A program made the translations under genes and the position numbers. The notes beneath the pieces were generated by a model. It saw nothing but the letters and a program-made list of their open reading frames with translations, was not told the DNA's origin and searched no databases. 64,000 nt of DNA, taken from contig OX597830.1 of the NCBI GenBank assembly GCA_951406725.2, positions 41,416,001 to 41,480,000 of the forward strand. Direction: 5' to 3'. Shown in pieces: positions 49,631-63,109 of the stretch (its first letter is position 1; each line of letters opens with the position of its first letter). The DNA is from Octopus vulgaris (Eukaryota).

Positions 49631-52600
49631 TTTTTATTTAGCAAATGGCCGTGGATTGAAAGAAACGTTAGAGCATGCGACAAAATATTTGTGTTACTTA
49701 GTTACGGCCCTTCATATTTCCGAGTAAAAATCTCACCCAGGACAACTTCCGTCCTTTCAAGAGTCAATAAAATAGAGAACCAGTGAAGTATTCGAGCCAA
49801 TATACTCGATTGTACTTCCTACCACAAATTGTAGAAAATTTTCTGTTTTTTTTTTTAACTATTATGATCCAATTATTATGCACGACAATATTCTTGTGGT
49901 TAATCTAGAAACTGTACCGACTAAAAAATTCAGAGAACTCTCGAGTTATTTCCCCTTAAATTTAAACGTTGAACGTGGTCAATTGTCCGGTTTTATGACG
50001 TAACGTATTAGATGGCATAAAAGACGCACTCCAATTTGTGCAACGCATTGTACATTACTGCATATGCTTTATACGCACTTTTGCACCTGAGCACTGTATA
50101 CAATAATTTCATTATTATTTATTAATTATTTCAACCAGGATCCACATAAGATTTTATTGTCAACATTTATGTGCAATAAACTGGTTATACTTCTACAGCA
50201 CACAAAATATTTTAACAATTTTTCTTATACAATTCCTGATAATATCTAATTATAAAAGTATAATGGGATTTTTTTAACATCTGATAGCTATGGGATTCAT
50301 CCAAGTAAAATAGGAATCAAGAGGGGTCTATAGATAAAAAGAAATGGTTGAGAACCACTAATGAAGAGGCTCTCTCTTCAAATATTTATTTTAAAGAATA
50401 CCTGTTTAGCACCTTTAGCACTGCGTGTAAGCCTCTTTAACACAAATCACACCTCTAGGAGTCTGACTAAGCAAATTGAACAAAAATAAGATTCTTCTGA
50501 ACACTCATACTCTAAAAGTTCACATTCCTTGTCAGTTTGTGCCTCCACATTCAAACATTCAAAAAGAAACAAAGCTAGTTTTACCAAATGTCAGTAGTGA
50601 AGGTGTTGCCCAAAACTTGGGGATTATCTGCATAAATAGATAAGCTGTTTGGTGTTTATTAACCCTGGAATAACTGTGAAAGAGCAGATGTACAATCAAA
50701 GATATTCCAGCCATGACTCTGTGCCTCACACAAAAGGTATCTGTGCTGGTGCCACACAAAAAGCACCTGTGCAGGTACCACATAAAAGGCACCTATGTTG
50801 GCGCTATGTAGAAAGCACTTGTACTGATGCCACCTAAAAAAAAACACCCAGTACATTCTGAAAGTGGTTTGTGTTAAGAAGGGCATTCAGCCAAAGAATT
50901 AATGTCAAAACAAACAACTGGAGCATGGTGCAGCTCTTTTGGTTTGCTACCTCTTGCTAGACTGTCCAACCCATGCCAGCATTGAAAAGAGATGTTAAAT
51001 GATGATGATGATGATGCTTAACAAAACTTCTGTAGAGAACAGAATATCATCATCATCATTTGTGTTGGGTGGTTTGACAGGAACTGGCAAGTCAGAAGAC
51101 TGCACCAGGCTCTGCTGTCTGTTTTGGTATGGCTTTTATGACTTGATGCCCTCTTACTGCCAACCACTTTACAGAGTGTACTGGGTCCTGTTTTACATGA
51201 CACTAGCACCAGCAAGAGCACTAAGTAACTTGCAAGACAAAAACCTCTCAACTAAGCAGGGAGCAGTGCTGAGGGAGGTGGCTTTGTACCAAATGAGGAG
51301 AGGTTAAAGTATGATAGAAGGACAGAAACAAGTGTTTTGCAGTAGAGGAGATACAAGGCTACTCAAGCTGGAAAAAGAAAGAGACTGTTGAAGGTGTTGG
51401 GGCATACCTTCAAGTTACATGAAGATGTACATAAGTGGGTAAGTTTGCAAGAATGTGAAAGGAGTAGAAGATAGAGGGGAAGGGAAATTTGGTGTGTGGT
51501 GATCACAGATAGGAGGAGGGTGTGTTAGGAAGATGAATTGTAATGGAAAGATATATATACTTATATGGTGAGTAAAATTTATAAGACAGATGTTACCCAT
51601 CTATGTTTATTTTAACTGGAGTGTTAAAACATCTTGTTTTATAAATAATACAGAAAACAAGGAAAAGAGATAGGGAATTTAATTAGAAGCAAACTTCTAA
51701 TATAGCCAACAAATTTGGCTGTATACAAGCATGGATGCATTTGGGTTATATATAAGAGCACTGCAATATATAGGAGCAATGAAACTTTAAAATTCTGATT
51801 AAACAAAACAGTTACATCAAAACTTTAGAGAAAGGTCAGTGAGCTAGATGATATATAATAAAGCTAGAACAGAAATTAGGTCTCAGAAAGCTAGGCTATA
51901 TATAATAAAGCTAAAACAGTGAGAGGTAGTGAAACACTCCTGTTCCCAGTTTGTGCCACAGTTGACGAACAAATATTATAAGTAGCAATGACAGTTTTGA
52001 CAACAGAAGATTTGTTTAAGTCATAGAATAATCTGATCTATATTAAAATAACTAAAATAAACAAATAACTGTAAGTAAGGGCTGTATAGTTAATGTCTAA
52101 GATAAGGTTCTTAATTCCCCTATTATAGCCACTTCGTTTCATTTGTGTAAACTCCCCTACAGAAATTTTGTAGTCCATCATTGATTGAAACTTTCCGTGT
52201 ACCTGAATAAATTCTCACATTCAGTCAATAAGTTTTAAATATATGTAGTATGTGTATGTCATCATCATCACCACTTAACATCCATGTTCTATACTAGCAT
52301 GGGTTGGACAGTTCAACAGGATCAAATGGGTCCAATGTCTACTTTGGTATGGTTTCTATGGCTGGATGCCCTTTCTAATGCCAACCACATTACAGTGTTT
52401 TGGGCGCTTTTTTTCATGACACTAGTGTTATTGAGGTCACCATATCTCTGTCTTAGAAGTGTTGTTGATCAGTATATCCATACTCTTCAAGCCTCTTTCC
52501 AGCTCTCAGTGATTCAGAATTTGTAGACATAAATGGGTTTGATATGGTGCTTAACGAAGAACTGAATGTAAACCTATATCTCAGAATGTCCAGTGAATAG

Positions 52601-54929
52601 AAAGATATTTGTTTGAGCAATAATAAAGATCAAGGTTATTACTGATCCACAGAATAAAAGAAGCCCATGGATTAACAGTTTGACATTGGCTTTTGATATA
52701 AATTAACATATTAGTTTGCAAGCAGTTAGTCTAAGAAATGGAGAAGTACCCATAACCTCTTTAGATACTCAGTGCTAGAGATGGTGATAACTGAATAAGT
52801 TTAGCATGGCTTTTGAAAGACAGAGGTTCAGTGATGAAAGGATGAGAGAAAATGCTTAGTATATGTCTCAAAGGTAGTATATCAGTAACTGTTTAGCTCA
52901 ACAGACACTTGACAAAAATGTTCCAGTTATATTCATGTTATCATGATCATTTAACGTCTGTTTTTCATGCTGGCATGGGTTGTCATTTTATGCAACATTA
53001 TCAAACGTGTACTTCCTTTTTTAAGATGACAAAGCGTGGGAGCGATTTTAAGAGGACTTGGTATATCTTGCAGGTCAAATAGAGGTCTTTTCATTGTCTC
53101 GGCAGTAACAATAGTCATAGTGGAGGGGAGACAGAGTAAATAGAGTAGCCTTAAGTAGAGAGAGATAGCTCTGTATTAACAACTTCAAGATTAGAAAAGA
53201 AACCATTGTAGTTTCGTGATTAATATGACAATGAATAAATAAACTATAGAAAAATACGAGAAAGGTGGCCCACGGACCATAAAATTTCTTTCTAAATATT
53301 TACCAGTACTATCAACAGTTTTCAAGCTTAAGAATATTCAACTAGACATGGAAATCAGAAAATGCCCTCTAAGAAGCATTTAATTCAGGTAAACAATAAA
53401 GGATTGGATAAAATAATAAAACCTGAGTAGCCATTCACTTTTCTGTGGTTTATTCGGATGTTTATTTACGATCTGGATGTACTTATAGGTGCAGATGTGG
53501 TAGAGTGGTTAAGAAACTTGCTTCCCAACAATGCGATCTTAGGTTCAATCCCACAGGGCAACACCTTGGGCAAGTGTCTTCTACTATAGCAATGGGCTGA
53601 TCAAAGCCTTGTGGGTGGGTTTGGGAGACGGAAACTGAAAGAAGCCTGTCGTATGTGTGTGTCAGTCCTACTACCACCGACGGACAACTGATGATGATTT
53701 GTGTACGTTCTCATAACCCAGCAGTTCGGCAAAAGAGATTGATAGAATAATTACCAGACTTGAAAATGAGTACGGTGGTCGATATGTTCGAAGCAGTGCT
53801 CCAGCATAGCCGCAGTCAAAAGACTGCAACAAATAAGAGACAAAAAGATACCACCTAAAAGTATATATCACCATGACAGTGACGTGCGCAATTCATGTTA
53901 ATATCTTAGAAGCATGACGTGTGGAAATGAACGCAGGGAACCAACTATCCAATCCGAATGTTCCAAAGATTCCTTTCCAACCAGAGACAAGAATTCTATC
54001 AACCTGTTTGAAGGACTTCTTTAAGTTTCCGTCCACCAAATCCACTCACAAGGCTTTGGTCGGCCAGAGTAGAAGACACTTGCCCCAAAACTACATGATT
54101 GAGAAGCAAGCTTATTGAACACAGCCGCCTATACGTGTGTCTACATATTAAATAAACATCTGAGTAAACAAAACAAGGGGCCGCTACGGTTGCTCGATAT
54201 GCAGCAACAAATAACCGCCAAATCTCACTCAAGTCACTCCTTACTGCTCAAAAAAATGTGGGGGCAGCGTATTTCCGAAAACGATGTGACCGTCAAGACT
54301 GGAATGCCAGGGCTATCCAGCCAGTATTGACCTTACGCACCTGAATCAATGAGCAAGCTGTTTGAAATAGTAGTCGAATTTCCCTCAAACCGTAAACCCT
54401 ACAATCTAAAAAGTAAAAAGATACATTAGATGATGTAGTTTTAGCCAGGCCCGGGCTGGGGGGAAAAAGCCGGTTACTGCTGAAATGCCTTTCATAAATC
54501 TCAGTCGGAGCTAATCTGGGACAAAACAACAAATCACAACATAAACTTCAAATAACAACCTGACGGCGTCTATTGATCGGCGATGGCTTTCTTTAAATGT
54601 ATATGTTGAAAGTGAAAAATATTACGAAATGATGAAAAATAGCTTCATTAAGAATGTCTGCTCAGCTATAGACAACTGCATTATTTCCACTAAGTAACAT
54701 AGTTGAGCTTAGTTGACGAAGAGTAGTAATAGCAAAGCTGGAATCTCTCCCCTCCCACTTCAAGCCCATGGAATATTCTTAGAGCAGCATACTCGTAAAT
54801 TTTATGATGACTCCATTCATAACTGCGTGTCACCTTCAAACATGGACACTAAAATCAAACGCTTGAAAAACTGGTTTCAACCATACGCTAACTAAAATGG
54901 AGCGGTTGAAATATGTTGCTTAAATGATG

Positions 54930-54968
<39 letters not shown>

Positions 54969-55765
54969 TGTTCCGTTGTTTGTGGGATCAACACAAAAAG
55001 TATTCCATCCAGCGATAGAACAAATGCCGTTTAATGAACACCAGTGGCGTAAGGTGGTTGTCATAGGGGAGGTAGTTAAGTACAAGGTACCGCACTGAAC
55101 CAACTGCTCTGGCGTAACCATTACTTAAAAATAAATATACAAACTTTCAACACAATTCTTCAACTAGACTTACTATTTGTTTATGAGTGTATATTATTAG
55201 ATTTCAAAACAAATTACGATCAGATCAAATCAAATCGTGATACATGAGTTATAAGGATGCCGGGAATATTTAACATCATCATTTAGCACAATCAGAATAT
55301 GTGTCCAGTGTGTGTGTGTGTGTAAATTATATATAATCTTGGTGGAGGCTGACTTGAGTATAATTACATATATTATTAATCTCTGCTATGGATTGGAATA
55401 CTTCCTTTTCCGACAGTTAAGACGAAACATATGTAAACTAGTTTGATAAATGCCAACGTACGAAACTCTCAGACCTTGAGTCACTGTGTTGCTTCTGCTA
55501 AATATTAATTTAAAATATATACATATACTCATATTTTGAGTCCTATTTTTCCTCTTTGCACCAACATTTATTTATATATATATATATATATATAGATATA
55601 GATATAGATACGCACCATACATGCATGTAAATTAAGAACAGGCGCGGGATAGATATAAATGCAAATCAACATAAAATTCAGTGATAATTTAAATACTATT
55701 ATCCTTTATGGAAAAGATGAATGAATGAAAGAATTGATTGAATACTGGGAATTAATGCAACCTAC

Positions 55766-55894
55766 CGTAACAAGTACGACTTTGTTTCTTAACGAGTGTT
55801 GTCGTTCAACGAAGTTCTGTATTCGTATCTGTTTCTCTTCGAATCTCTCTGGCACCGGCAATTCCTTCAAGAACTTGCTCGAGTCACTCTCCAT
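55766..55894 (-). CDS. PPCS: PPCS exon 1 (start codon at 55894)
   Basis: MESDSSKFLKELPVPERFEEKQIRIQNFVERQHSLRNKVVLVT|gtaggt; joins in phase 0 to SGGT of exon 2. The spliced product totals 310 aa. Confidence 0.93.
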
Positions 55895-56400
55895 GCTTTA
55901 TCACAACATCACTACCTTTCCTACCTTATTTTACAAAAGACTTCCAAAACAAAGTGCTTCCGTTCGCACCTCCCAGGTATGTCGCCGTCGTCCTTCTTTT
56001 TTTCTCTTTCTCTCTTCACTCGACTGCAAAAATATTACCTTATATTTTGTTCCTATCCACAAGACAGACACACTTGACCAATTTTTTAAAAATTAACTAG
56101 TAATGCAGTTAGTTGAAACCACCCGAGATGCTGTCGTTACCACTTATATTAATAGATCATAAAGGTCTACGAGATATCGACCTTGGTTGGATTACGCTGC
56201 TTTTCGGCTCAATTACTCGCGATAGTTTATTCTGGACGACTTAACAAATATTAGTTTGTTTGTTTACTAGGCGAAGAGCTCTGTTTTATCGGAAATCGAA
56301 TAAGAAATTGTGCTATTCATTCATTTTCAGTGTTAAGTGAAGTCGAATGGCTTCGGTTAGGAATTGAAACTCGAACGTGGACCCAACTTACTGTGAGTTC
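55895..56400. promoter_or_regulatory. Probable bidirectional promoter / 5' UTR region shared by PPCS (-) and HIBCH (+)
   Basis: Repeat-free, locally CpG-rich segment immediately upstream of the PPCS ATG. A + strand donor GTGAGT at 56393 could end a non-coding first HIBCH exon. Confidence 0.55.
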
Positions 56401-58365
56401 ACCTCTTACATAGCTTGTTTCAGTAATCCTTAGTTTTGGAAGGTTTTTCTCCCGTTTAAATACGAATTCTAAAATAGTTTTTCTCTATTTTTGTAAGCTG
56501 GATGTTACGTAAGCTCTTGAAAAAGATGTTTTTCGTTATTCAAACTTTTTTCCTCTGAATTATTCACGAAAGTAATTCTTGACCAATATCAAAATGTTCC
56601 ATCTTATAAGCTGTGGTTTATTATATACGACCTGTGTCGTATATTATAAACAGTGTGTTAAAAGTAGTGTCTTGTTTTGGCACGAGGTCACACATTTGCT
56701 AAGCAACATAAGACAGTCAGCTATTTCTACGCTTCTGAAGGACATTAGCAGCATACTATAACATATTAAACCTTAGGAATAAAGAAATAAACTATTTTTT
56801 ACTAACACTTAAATAGTATACTTTATAACTATTATGTGCTTCGAATAAAATCAGTAAGCCTATACTGTACCGCATGTTACATTACACCCATCACCTAATG
56901 GGATGTTTTATTTTTTCTTAACCCTATATAGCTACGTTTTTTTTTGTTTTGTTTTTTATTTGCGTTATCAACATCGTTTTATTTATATTATCCTGTCTTA
57001 TTTTGTAAAATTCATTTGTGTACATTAAGTGTTTGGAATTGTAAGATACACGAAATATGCCTCAATGCTTCACCATCGTGTATACATGAAACCCCTAGCG
57101 GTTTTCAACTACGGTTTTTAGGGTGCATGCGTCTTAGGGTTCTTGGGCCGTCAAACATCCTTCTGGTAACCCCTGACAATCTTCCCCTAATAAACATGAT
57201 ACATTTTCCTTTAAGCTATGTTTTGCGCTTTTTGATGCGGCACCCTAAAAAAATCCGTAAATCTACATTTTGGATCTGGTCCAGATAATAAGAACGTTGA
57301 GAAGCACTATTCTACCCGGTTCCTCGACCGACAATGTTTAGCAGCCACTTTTACCCAATCAAATAACATCCGCAATGTCTTTAAAAAAATGAGAAAAAAA
57401 AGCTTTATTGATTAGTGTTGTCATAGGCATTATAATAAAATACGATATAATTTTGGTCCTTTGATTTTAGACATGTTCAATTTGGATTCACCTGCGACTA
57501 AACATTATAAGAAACAATATAAACTAGGTCCTACTGTTGCTTCATTCATACAAAATTTATGAATTCCTACCAACAAATACCATTTGTTGATACATGTAAG
57601 CTCGAATTCACATATAGGAACAAATTTGGAGTTTATTTGGGAGTAAAAGTAAAAATGTGTCACCTTTTACACTTTCCTCAATGACTTTGGCGACGTAAAT
57701 GGGGCATTTATTATTAATTCATAACATGTTTACAAGGCCTCAGATTTATAAACTAGAAGAAAATAAGGTGAGGTCATTGCTGCCCATGCTTTTCTTAAAA
57801 ATAATAGTTAAAACCAAGCGAAGGAAATTGGCTAGAAACCATTAGTTGTAAATAATTATTGGAAAAAGTTCATTTATTAAAAATATCGAAATAGTGCATT
57901 TAATAATGCATTTCATATACTCAGGGGATCACTTTTAAGCTTGTTTGTTTTTTCATAAGCAAGCTTTATTGCATAAGGCCATAAATTTGTGAAAGCGAGG
58001 AATAAGATAGCAAAATGCTGTTAGATACGAGGTGAACTCTCAATTAACCGGCTCTAGGGTTGAGTTGTGATCCTGAATGAAGCTATTCGACTTCACAAGG
58101 ACTGTAGAGAAATGAACATTATAACTTCAAATACTTTTCTTCTATAAAACAAGTCCTTGTGCCTAGCTTTCAGAAACCAGTAGTAAAGTAATTCCAATTA
58201 CTGACTCTCTTGGGATTTCTCGTAAGCCCAGATAAATCGATGGCTTGCATTTCTGTCATAGACGATTCACTGTAACCTTTGACTTCAACAAAGCCTTCAG
58301 TCTCTGACGCGAGAACTTTTTTGCCAAGTTACTTACATACGGCTTATATGGTCTCCCTTTTATAT

Positions 58366-58590
58366 AATATAATAATGAAATTATTGTATACAGTGCTCAG
58401 GTGCACCACAACTTGTCAGAAAGTGCGTATAGAGTATATGCAGTAATGTACAAATGTCTGGAAAGCGAACAATGTATGAGTCAGATACATGCTTGCGTGT
58501 GTATGGAGGGGAGAAAATCAGGTGCAGTGTTGGCGAATCTCAGAAAGCATGGAAGTTTTGAAGGATGCAGTGCTCCGACAACTAACAACT
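58366..58590 (-). mobile_element. LINE (CR1/L2-like) 3' end with (ATT) tail
   Basis: The same 3' terminus occurs on + at 50045-50120 (GCACCTGAGCACTGTATACAATAATTTCATTATT). Confidence 0.5.
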
Positions 58591-60310
58591 AATTAGATTT
58601 CGCTATTGCTGTGAGTGTTGACAGGGTTCTCTCAGAACTTGAGTACATCAACAATGGTGTTCCCCAAGATTTGGTTATAGTTTCCAGAATCCTCTTTCTG
58701 TGCAGTGATGGCCTGTCACTTTCTAATGAAAGACACGTATGCAGATTAAGTCACTTTTTAAGCACATATGTTGTAATTTAATGTGACAAATGTTTCCAAG
58801 CAGGTAAACCTCACCGTATATTTCCCCCATCAGCAGACATGCTCATGCTGAATATTGGAAATCAATGACTCTGCTTGTATGACAGTGACACTCCTTTACA
58901 ACTATCACTTGACGTCGAAGACACACACACATAAAGCTCTGGTGATGGTGCCATGCAAAAAAGAACTGGTACTGATGCAATGTATATAAAGCACTGATGC
59001 TAGTGTTACATAAAAAGCACCCAGTACACTCTGTAAAGTGGTTGGCATTAGGAAGGAGGAGAAGGGCATCCAACTGTAGAAGCTATGCTAAAACAGTCTA
59101 TGGAACATGGTGTGGCTCCTGGCCTTGCCAGCATGGGAGAGAGATGTTAAATGATGAGGATGATGATGATATATTCTTTTACTTGTTTCAGCTTGTTGGT
59201 TCAGGGCTTTAGGAGAAGAAACTTGCCCAAGGTGTCATGCAGTGCAACCGAACCTTGAACCATGTGGTTGGGAAGCAAACCTCCTACCACATAGCTGTGC
59301 CTGCATCTGGTGATTTTTGTTACATAAAAATGAAATCTATCTTATGTCGATCTTCTATAATGATATTCTTGTGTTTTTCTTTGTCACAACATATGAATGA
59401 GAAAGGAAGGAGTGATGGCAAACTGGTAGTGGGAGCGTTTCAACTCTGTGTGTAAAAGTGATGTATGTGAATGTTTGTGTGTGCAATGGAAGTGGGATGG
59501 TGAACGTTCAATGCTGAAAAGAAAAATCAAACAGCGTTTCAACCCTGTGCGTATACAAGGGAAGTATGTGAATGTTCGTGTGAACCAGCATTCTTTCAGT
59601 AACAAATGATGATCGATGTCACATCTCAAAAGACAGTGACTAAATAACATTGACAACATTTATATATAAAATATTGCATCGTTTTTGACGGCACGGGGCC
59701 AGCTAGCTTATTATATTTTGCCAAACCACTAAGTTACAGGGACATAAATACACTGGCATTGGTTATCAAGCGATGATGGGGGTACAAACACACACATATA
59801 TGATGGGCTTCTTTCAGTTTTCATCTACCAAATCCACTCCCGAGGCTCTAGCAGTGAGATTGAACCCAGAACCATGTGGTTGGTAAGCAAGCTACTTACC
59901 ACACAGCCACTCTTGCTCCTAACGGGCATGTTTTTGACATGCTATACCATCCTTGTTGAACCATTGATTTCTAACTTGGGGTGGGGATATTACATTGCAT
60001 AGAAACAGGTGAGGGTGGGTGACAGGAATGGCATCCAGCTTTAGAAAATCTGCCTCAGATAAATTCCATCTAACCCATGCAAGCATGGAAAAGTGGACAG
60101 TAAAGGATGATGACTTCAATATAGGTACAAGGCCAGATGTTTTTCCTGCAGGCTTATAGTTGACTATATCAGTCTCTGGAAGGATAAAAAGGAAAATAAA
60201 TACTGGAAAGATTTTATAGCATTCATTCATTTATTTTTGTTTAGGAATTCCTATTTTTGTGTAATTCCTAACAATTTTTATGGTTTTCTTTTTCAGCCAG
60301 AATATTCATC

Positions 60311-60321
60311 ATGTTGTTAAG
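60311..60321 (+). CDS. HIBCH: HIBCH first coding micro-exon (exon 60297-60321; ATG TTG TTA AG)
   Basis: ttttctttttcag acceptor at 60295-60296 and AG|gtaaaa donor. Phase 2 fits the next micro-exon. Confidence 0.65.
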
Positions 60322-60407
60322 GTAAAAAAATTTTTATTATTATTATTAACCCATGCCAGCATGGAAAGCAGACATTAAACAACGACGATGATGATGATGA
60401 TTATTAT

Positions 60408-60945
60408 TGAGTGAGAGAGTAGTGCATGCCATCAAAGTGACACTAGGGTAAAATATATCCATCATGACTACCCGTTTGATAAGGGTACACCAGGTATATG
60501 CATCACAACCATATGTGCACAATATGGTGATCTCCTATCAAGATAAACAGCACATGACCTTGCAGGTGGGGCCCAGTTACAATTTTCTTCAGGTTGAGTA
60601 GTTCATCCCACTCAAAAGGTCCCTGAATAAGGATTCTTTAAGGATGTAGAATGAAACACCCATATTTCCAAAGGTGAATTATCAAAACCCCAAAGAATTC
60701 CTCTCAACACATGGCTATGATGCTCCACCACTACTGCTCATGATCAGAGATGCACATATCATCAGCTGCCAAGGGACATTCTCAAGTGGTTATGGTCAAA
60801 CAACTGACAAGCAAATCTGTGGTACTGAGCAGAATATTTGCTGTAGCCCATCTTTTATACCAAGACAAAACAATGTACATGGTAAAACTTCCAATCAGTT
60901 AAGGTCAGAAACCATGAGAGCCACTGCCTGGTACTGCAACAGGAT
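60408..60945. mobile_element. Copy of the ATT-embedded ~500-bp repeat
   Basis: Colinear with 11870-12372. Confidence 0.8.
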
Positions 60946-62206
60946 ATTTATTATTATTATGTATGTATGTATGTAAGGTGGCAAGCTGGCAGAATCGTTA
61001 GCGCGCTGGGTGAAATGCTTGGCAGTATTTCGTCTGTCTTCACACTCTGAATTCAAATTCCACCAAGGTCGACTTTGCTTTTCATTCTTCTGGAGTTGAT
61101 AAATTAAGTCCCAGTGAAACACCCATCCCCTGCCCTATAATGGCTGACCTTGTGGCAAAATTTGAAACCATTATTATTATTATTATGCTTATATATTTTT
61201 TATTCCTGTTACTGATTTTATGGGTGGAAGTGAGGTCCTTCCGTCTCAAATTTGAGGCTTTGTTCCAGCGTCTGAAATCAGTTCTAATGTAATGCAAATG
61301 CAATATAAGTGGATGACATCTCTACTTAAAAGAAGGAAATCAATATCAGTTAATACATTTAATAACCAATTATTAAGCGATAAATAAACTAGTTAGATTT
61401 CCTTATTGTAATGGCATGTGTAAAAGTATACCTCCATCATCATCATCATCATTTAATGTTTGCTTATCCATGCTTGCAGGGGTCAGCTGGATTTGTTGAG
61501 GCAGTTTTTCTATGGCTGGATGCCCTTCCTATTACCAACCTTCACCTGTTTCTAAGCAAGGTTATATTTCCCATAACATGGTTTTCACAGAAGACTAAAA
61601 ACCTTGCTTGTATCATGATGATGCTCATTTACAACCATTAGGTGATGTCTAAAGAAAGCTACATATAATTACACACCTGTGCAAACACACACATACGCAT
61701 GCACACATACACGATGTGGTCAGTGGGGCATCCATCTACCAAATCCACTCACAAGACAACTTTCAGGCAGATTTCTACTGCACTACCTGCTGCACCTCCA
61801 TGATAATGATCATGATGTTGCTGCTGCTGCAGCAGCATGCAACAAGGTGGCAGATTCACTAGCCTGTCAGACAAAGTGCTTAGCTGCATTTCTTTTGGCT
61901 CTTTACATCCTGAGTTCAAATTCTACTGAGGTCACTTTTGCCTTTCATCCTTTTTGGCCCATAAAACCAACTTAGCCCTCCTTCTAAAATTGTGTCAAAA
62001 TTTGCAACCATTATTAATGTTATTGTTATTCTTGTTGAGGATAGTGAGTAGCACAAATGGTAGAGCAAGTACCAATCTGATGAAGTATTGCTTTGATACA
62101 ATCCAGTATGCCCTCCCACCAAAGCTTGTATCCTTGTATGAATATTAGAAATCTTAATTGTTTTATTTCACTATTTTCTGACCATTTCCGTTCTGTTTTG
62201 TTGCAG

Positions 62207-62231
62207 GTCAGCATTTACATTTGGATGTCTG
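62207..62231 (+). CDS. HIBCH: HIBCH second coding micro-exon (25 nt)
   Basis: ctgac branch + pyrimidine tract + tgcag|G TCA GCA TTT ACA TTT GGA TGT CTG|gtaaga = (R)SAFTFGCL; phase 2 to phase 0. Confidence 0.7.
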
Positions 62232-62929
62232 GTAAGATATCATCATCTTTGTTTTATTTATTTATTTGTTTGTTGTTTTGTTTTGTTTTTATTTGTGGCG
62301 GTGTCCCAGTATGGCCACAGCTCATGTACTGAAACTAGATAAAAATAAAAATAAAATAAAATATATTTGTAGGTAACAGGCATGGCTGTGTGGTTAAGAA
62401 GATTGCTTCCTAAATGTGTGCTCTCAGGCTCAGTCCTAATGCACAGCACCTTTGGCAACCTCTGTCTTGACATAATGCCAGGGTTGCAAATAAGCATCAC
62501 CATCATATATGCAATGTTATGTTGTTCCTTTCCAGTCTTTCTTGGAAAAAATGAATAACAACATTGTGGTTTACATGTTTAAAAAGCACCCGTGTCGGTA
62601 CCACATTGAAAGCACCATGGCAGCACCATGTTGAAAACACTGATGCCATTGCCATGTATAAAGCACCAATGCTGGTGCCACATATAAAGCGCTGGCACCA
62701 GATCCACATACATAACACTCATGCTGGGGTAACATAAAAAGCATCCAGTACATTCTGTGAAGTGGTTGGCGTTAGGAAGGGCATCCAGCCATAGATGCTG
62801 GCCAGTTCCTGTCAAACCACCCAACCCATGCCAGGATGGAAGATGGATATTAAAGGATTTAGTCAAGAATCATGGTTGCACTCATTGTATATTGTTAACA
62901 TTTCCATATTTTATTTATTTTTTTTTTAG

Positions 62930-63109
62930 AAGCAAGTTTGGCTACAAGCTCCTAAACTTTCTTTCCTTCGCCATATGTCAAAGAATTCTTCAGAAATGGA
63001 TGTTTTGCTCGAAAGAGTGGCTGGCAAAGGTGTTGTCACTTTGAACCGACCTAAAGCTTTGAATGCCCTTTCATTACCAATGGCTAGAAAAATCTACCAA
63101 CAAATGCTG
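62930..63109 (+). CDS. HIBCH: 3-hydroxyisobutyryl-CoA hydrolase (mitochondrial), exon with start of crotonase domain; gene continues beyond the window
   Basis: ttttttag|KQVWLQAPKLSFLRHMSKNSSEMDVLLERVAGKGVVTLNRPKALNALSLPMARKIYQQML|gtgagt; matches HIBCH 'EVLLEK.G..GVITLNRPK.LNALTLNMIRQIYPQL'. Confidence 0.92.

Noticed and set aside
55725-56096. 123-aa plus-strand ORF over PPCS exon 1
   Set aside because: Antisense shadow with no recognisable protein features.
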